The translations under genes and the position numbers were made by a program. From an uncultured delta proteobacterium (lineage in GTDB: Bacteria; Myxococcota_A; Polyangia; Fen-1088), in assembly GCA_963737265.1 (NCBI GenBank), contig CAVTRY010000015.1:96001-160000 (forward strand): a DNA stretch of 64,000 nucleotides, given 5' to 3'. Shown here in pieces: positions 60,902 to 64,000 of the stretch. The notes beneath the pieces were generated by a model. That model worked only from the letters and a program-made list of their open reading frames with translations. It was not told the DNA's origin and did not search any database. Each line of letters begins with the position of its first letter. Position 1 is the stretch's first letter.

Positions 60902-60973
60902 TGCTATCTGGACCGCAAACCCATCAGCCTGTTTGCGTGGCAACAATAGGACACTTCGAGCCTCGGTGGAACG

Positions 60974-62365
60974 TTAGAGTCCCCCTAGAGTGACGATGGA
61001 CCAGGGGTTCGACCCTGTTGCGACCGTGCTCAGCGTGGCCGTGAGCGCCCCATCGACGCCGACGGTGAATTGCGAGATGTTGCCCTGTCCGCCGTTCGTC
61101 ACGTAGGCGTACTTGCCCGAGGGATCGACGGCGATGGCTACGGGTGACACACCCGCCGCGACCGTGGCCGTGGACATGGCGGCGAGCGCCCCGCTATTCG
61201 GGTCGATGGTGAACTGAGAGACGTTGTTGCCGTTCGAGTTTGGCACGTAGGCGTATTTGCCCGAGGGATGGACCGTGATGGTGAAGGGCTGCGGCCCCGC
61301 CGTGACCGAGGCCATGGTCGTGAGCGCCCCGGTAGTCTGGTCGATCGTGTACTGGGAGATGGTTCCGAAATCGAAGCACGCCACGTAGGCGTACTTGCCC
61401 GAGGGGTGGATCGTGACCTGCCGGGGACCCGAGCCCGCCGGGACCGAGGCCGGGGTCATCGCCTGGAGGGTTCCATTCGCGCCGATCGTGTACTGATAGA
61501 CGATGTAGTCATTTCGCTGGGACGTCACGTAGGCGTACTTGCCCGAGGGGTGGACGGCAATGGAGGAGAGCATTTCGTTCCCCACCGGGTAGGGCCCGGA
61601 CAGGGATGAAAGCGCCCCATTCGTGCCGATCGTGTACGAAATGACGTTGCCATAGCTGGGCGCCAGCGAGTTCACCACGTAGGCGTAGCTGCCCGAGGGA
61701 TCGACCGCGACGGAGCTCGGCCATGGGGTCCCTGGCCCTGTCGCGACCGCGGCCGGGCTCATGGGTGCGAGCGCCCCATTCGCGCCGATCGTGTACTGGG
61801 ATACGGTTCCATCTTGGTTATTCCCTACGTAGACGTGCTTACCCGAGGGAGCGATGGCGATTGATATGGGTTCGCTGCCCGCCGCGACGGTGGCCGGACT
61901 CATGGGTGTGAGCGCCCCGTTCGGGCCGATGGTGTACTGAGAGATGGTTTGGCCCATTTGATTCGTCGCATAAGCATAGCCCGCGCTCCACAAGGCGTAG
62001 AGGGTGATGCTTGCCGTGCCCATCTGGAAGGTCTGGCCCGGCGCGTAGGTCGTGCCGGATCCGTCAGCCATCGTCTGCCATCCCACGAAAGAATACCCGG
62101 CATACGCGAGGCTGCCTGGATTCGCGAGCGCCGTGACGGTCTGCCCTTGCGCATAGGTGCCTGGGTCGACCGGGACGATGCCGGCGGTCGCGCCGTTACC
62201 GATGTAGCTCACGGTATATGTGCCGGCGCTGCCGCCGACCCCGCCACCACCGCCGCCCGTCCCGGCACCACCACCACCTGCTCCGCCCCCGCCGCTTCCT
62301 CCGCAAGCGGCAAGGACAATCGATGATGCGAGAAGCGCGACCAGTGACTGGATAGTTCTCTTCAT
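60974..62365 (-). CDS. Lipoprotein with InlB B-repeat and lactonase-like 7-bladed beta-propeller
   Basis: Lipobox LAAC, Gly linker, YTVSY.GNG...GYSFVGW...TLYALW, repeated HPSGKYAYV blades. Confidence 0.85.
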   Translation of the reverse strand: MKRTIQSLVALLASSIVLAACGGSGGGGAGGGGAGTGGGGGGVGGSAGTYTVSYIGNGATAGIVPVDPGTYAQGQTVTALANPGSLAYAGYSFVGWQTMADGSGTTYAPGQTFQMGTASITLYALWSAGYAYATNQMGQTISQYTIGPNGALTPMSPATVAAGSEPISIAIAPSGKHVYVGNNQDGTVSQYTIGANGALAPMSPAAVATGPGTPWPSSVAVDPSGSYAYVVNSLAPSYGNVISYTIGTNGALSSLSGPYPVGNEMLSSIAVHPSGKYAYVTSQRNDYIVYQYTIGANGTLQAMTPASVPAGSGPRQVTIHPSGKYAYVACFDFGTISQYTIDQTTGALTTMASVTAGPQPFTITVHPSGKYAYVPNSNGNNVSQFTIDPNSGALAAMSTATVAAGVSPVAIAVDPSGKYAYVTNGGQGNISQFTVGVDGALTATLSTVATGSNPWSIVTLGGL

Positions 62366-62519
62366 TTCCTTCTGTCTCCTTCGGTGCATTTCACGATAAA
62401 AGGGGACCACCCTGCGAGCCAGACGCGAGTGCCCACGTCCATCCTAGCAGGCCGTGGTGAAAACGGTTTCGTGACTCACGGCCGCCGCGAGCACACACAC
62501 GCCACCACTTCGACTCCGC

Positions 62520-62740
62520 CCTCCATCTTCTGGCTCCGGCAGGCGAATCATTCCCCTCCGGTGCAGACGGCCCATGAGCAAACGGCACGAGGTGATCGCC
62601 AGCGCACCGTCGGCGCTTCGCCATCCGAAGCGCTGGCACACGGCTTCCGCCATCTCCACGTACGAGTGGTGATGCAGGCCGCCGACTTGAAGGCGTTGCG
62701 ATATCTGCGTCTCGGCGTCTCGGAGTGTGACTTGACGCAA
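62520..62740 (-). pseudogene. Fragment resembling the N-terminus of DUF4338/DruA-type mobile-element proteins
   Basis: [16 protein letters not shown]...SCR..M.RL.RRG.I.LP.P motif; rest absent. Confidence 0.55.
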
Positions 62741-62761
62741 ACGTTTGGCTATATTGCCGTC

Positions 62762-63181
62762 GTGACATCGTCGGGCGCAAGCCAAGGTCAATCGGCATCG
62801 GAGCTCATCTCGAAAAGAATCGCCGAGCTCGGCGACTGGCGCGGGGATACCCTGGGCAGAATGCGTGAGCTCGTCAAGCAAGCAGACCCGGACGTCGTCG
62901 AAGAGTGGAAGTGGATGGGCACTCCGACTTGGTCGCACGCCGGCATCATCTGCACCGGCGAATCCTACAAGAAGGTCGTGAAGCTAACCTTCGCCAAGGG
63001 CGCGTCCTTGAAGGATCCGGCCCGTCTCTTCAACTCGAGTCTCGACGGAAACGTACGCCGAGCGATCGACATCCACGAAGGAGAAGAAGTTGACGAGTCC
63101 GCCTTCAAAGCGCTCGTTCGCCAAGCGGTCGCCCTCAACAGTTCTCGCAAGACGAAACCTTCGAAGGAGGCGCAGTCCTGA
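62762..63181 (+). CDS. DUF1801 (YdhG-like) protein
   Basis: LGDWRG.TL.RMR.L...ADP..VEEWKW.GTP.WSH.GIICTGE.YK..VKLTF.KGA. Confidence 0.88.
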   Translation: MTSSGASQGQSASELISKRIAELGDWRGDTLGRMRELVKQADPDVVEEWKWMGTPTWSHAGIICTGESYKKVVKLTFAKGASLKDPARLFNSSLDGNVRRAIDIHEGEEVDESAFKALVRQAVALNSSRKTKPSKEAQS

Positions 63182-63248
63182 GGGTCCCCTGCGCGCCGGG
63201 CACGGCCGACTCGATGCAGCCCGGCTTGCGTGTTACACCAGAGCAGCG

Positions 63249-64000
63249 ATGCCGGAAATCAACGAGCCAACGATTGCACTCGCCGATGTGCTGCGCCCGA
63301 CCGTGCTTCACGTCGACTTGGCTCGGCTGACCGCGAATTACGAGTCGCTCTGCCGGCACGCTGGCGTGCCGGTGTTGGTGGTGCTCAAGGCCAACGCCTA
63401 TGGCCATGGGCTCATCGAAGTAGGCCGCCACTTCGACCTCTTGGGAGCGCCGTGCTTGGGCGTCGCATATCTTGAGGAAGGGCTGCGGCTTCGTCACGCA
63501 GGGGTACGCGCCCCCATCCTCGTGCTGGGCGGCATCGTGGGCGAGCAGATCCCGCTGTTTCTAAAGAACGAGCTGACGCTGACGGCATCGTCGCTGGACA
63601 AGCTCCGCGCCATCGAGACCTGCGCGGCGGCGCTCGGCTACACGGCGCACGTCCACTTGAAGATCGATACCGGGATGGAGCGCATCGGCGTGCATTGGTA
63701 TAGCGCCGGCAAACTGCTGGAGGCGTCGCTGCGCTCTCCTCACGTGAAAGTCGACGGTGTATTTTCGCACTTCGCCAGCGCCGATGCCGAAGACCTAACC
63801 CATGCCCGTCTGCAGTTGGAGCGTTTCCTGGAGGTGCTCGAACTTCTACCGCGTCCGATCGCTGCCGCCGCCAACCCGCCACATGGCCAGCTCGGGCGCG
63901 GTACTAAAGCTGCCGGAAGCTCGCCTCGACATGGTTCGGCCGGGCGTGCTGCTCTACGGCGCCTATCCCGCGCCGCACCTTGCGCGCTCCATTACCGTCC
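63249..64000 (+). CDS. alr: Alanine racemase (runs off the window; extra A near 63842)
   Basis: RPTVLHVDL, VLKANAYGHG, HLKIDTGMERIG, FSHFASAD, then HMASSG and DMVRPG.LLYG in the shifted frame. Confidence 0.93.
   Translation, partial: MPEINEPTIALADVLRPTVLHVDLARLTANYESLCRHAGVPVLVVLKANAYGHGLIEVGRHFDLLGAPCLGVAYLEEGLRLRHAGVRAPILVLGGIVGEQIPLFLKNELTLTASSLDKLRAIETCAAALGYTAHVHLKIDTGMERIGVHWYSAGKLLEASLRSPHVKVDGVFSHFASADAEDLTHARLQLERFLEVLELLPRPIAAAANPPHGQLGRGTKAAGSSPRHGSAGRAALRRLSRAAPCALHYR

Larger units (their letters stand above)
57843..60945 (+). mobile_element. Four-gene DDE/AAA transposon (Zn-finger ORF, integrase, ExeA-type ATPase, small ORF); left end removed at the IS21 boundary
   Basis: Coupled genes, terminal hairpin and a ...GGCAACA end at 60945 (inferred right end). 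Confidence 0.7.

Overview
GC-rich bacterial DNA whose gene content points to a myxobacterium (Myxococcota/Polyangia-like; inference from the Ser/Thr kinase-AAA-TPR protein, giant TPR protein and Cys-rich lipoproteins). Housekeeping genes include prfC, cydAB, an RlmL-like methyltransferase, argE with a NAGS/K-like gene, lexA, a queuosine-precursor transporter, a PpiD/SurA foldase, mreBCD-mrdA-rodA and alr. There are two accessory zones. (i) About 13-23 kb: a decayed Rhs/polymorphic-toxin locus, plus a co-oriented trio of permuted NlpC/P60 enzyme, kinase-AAA-TPR protein and NAPE-PLD-like hydrolase, the last split by an intact-ended IS4 element. (ii) About 43-63 kb, downstream of rodA: an IS91-like rolling-circle element, ISAzo13, truncated IS110 with a bridge-RNA-like leader, IS3 nested in IS21, a Zn-finger/DDE/AAA transposon, an 8-bp tandem repeat and secreted cargo genes. 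The strongest signals are a ~680-bp ~98%-identical duplication of the rodA 3' end; a 24-bp IS91 oriIS-like motif found both after the IS91 transposase and in both rodA-tail copies; a possible N-acyl-lipid signalling operon; an AT-rich oriC-like segment; and single-base frameshifts that cluster at (GC)TCGA, probably methylation-linked sequencing errors. All family calls come from motif recognition by eye; no searches were run.
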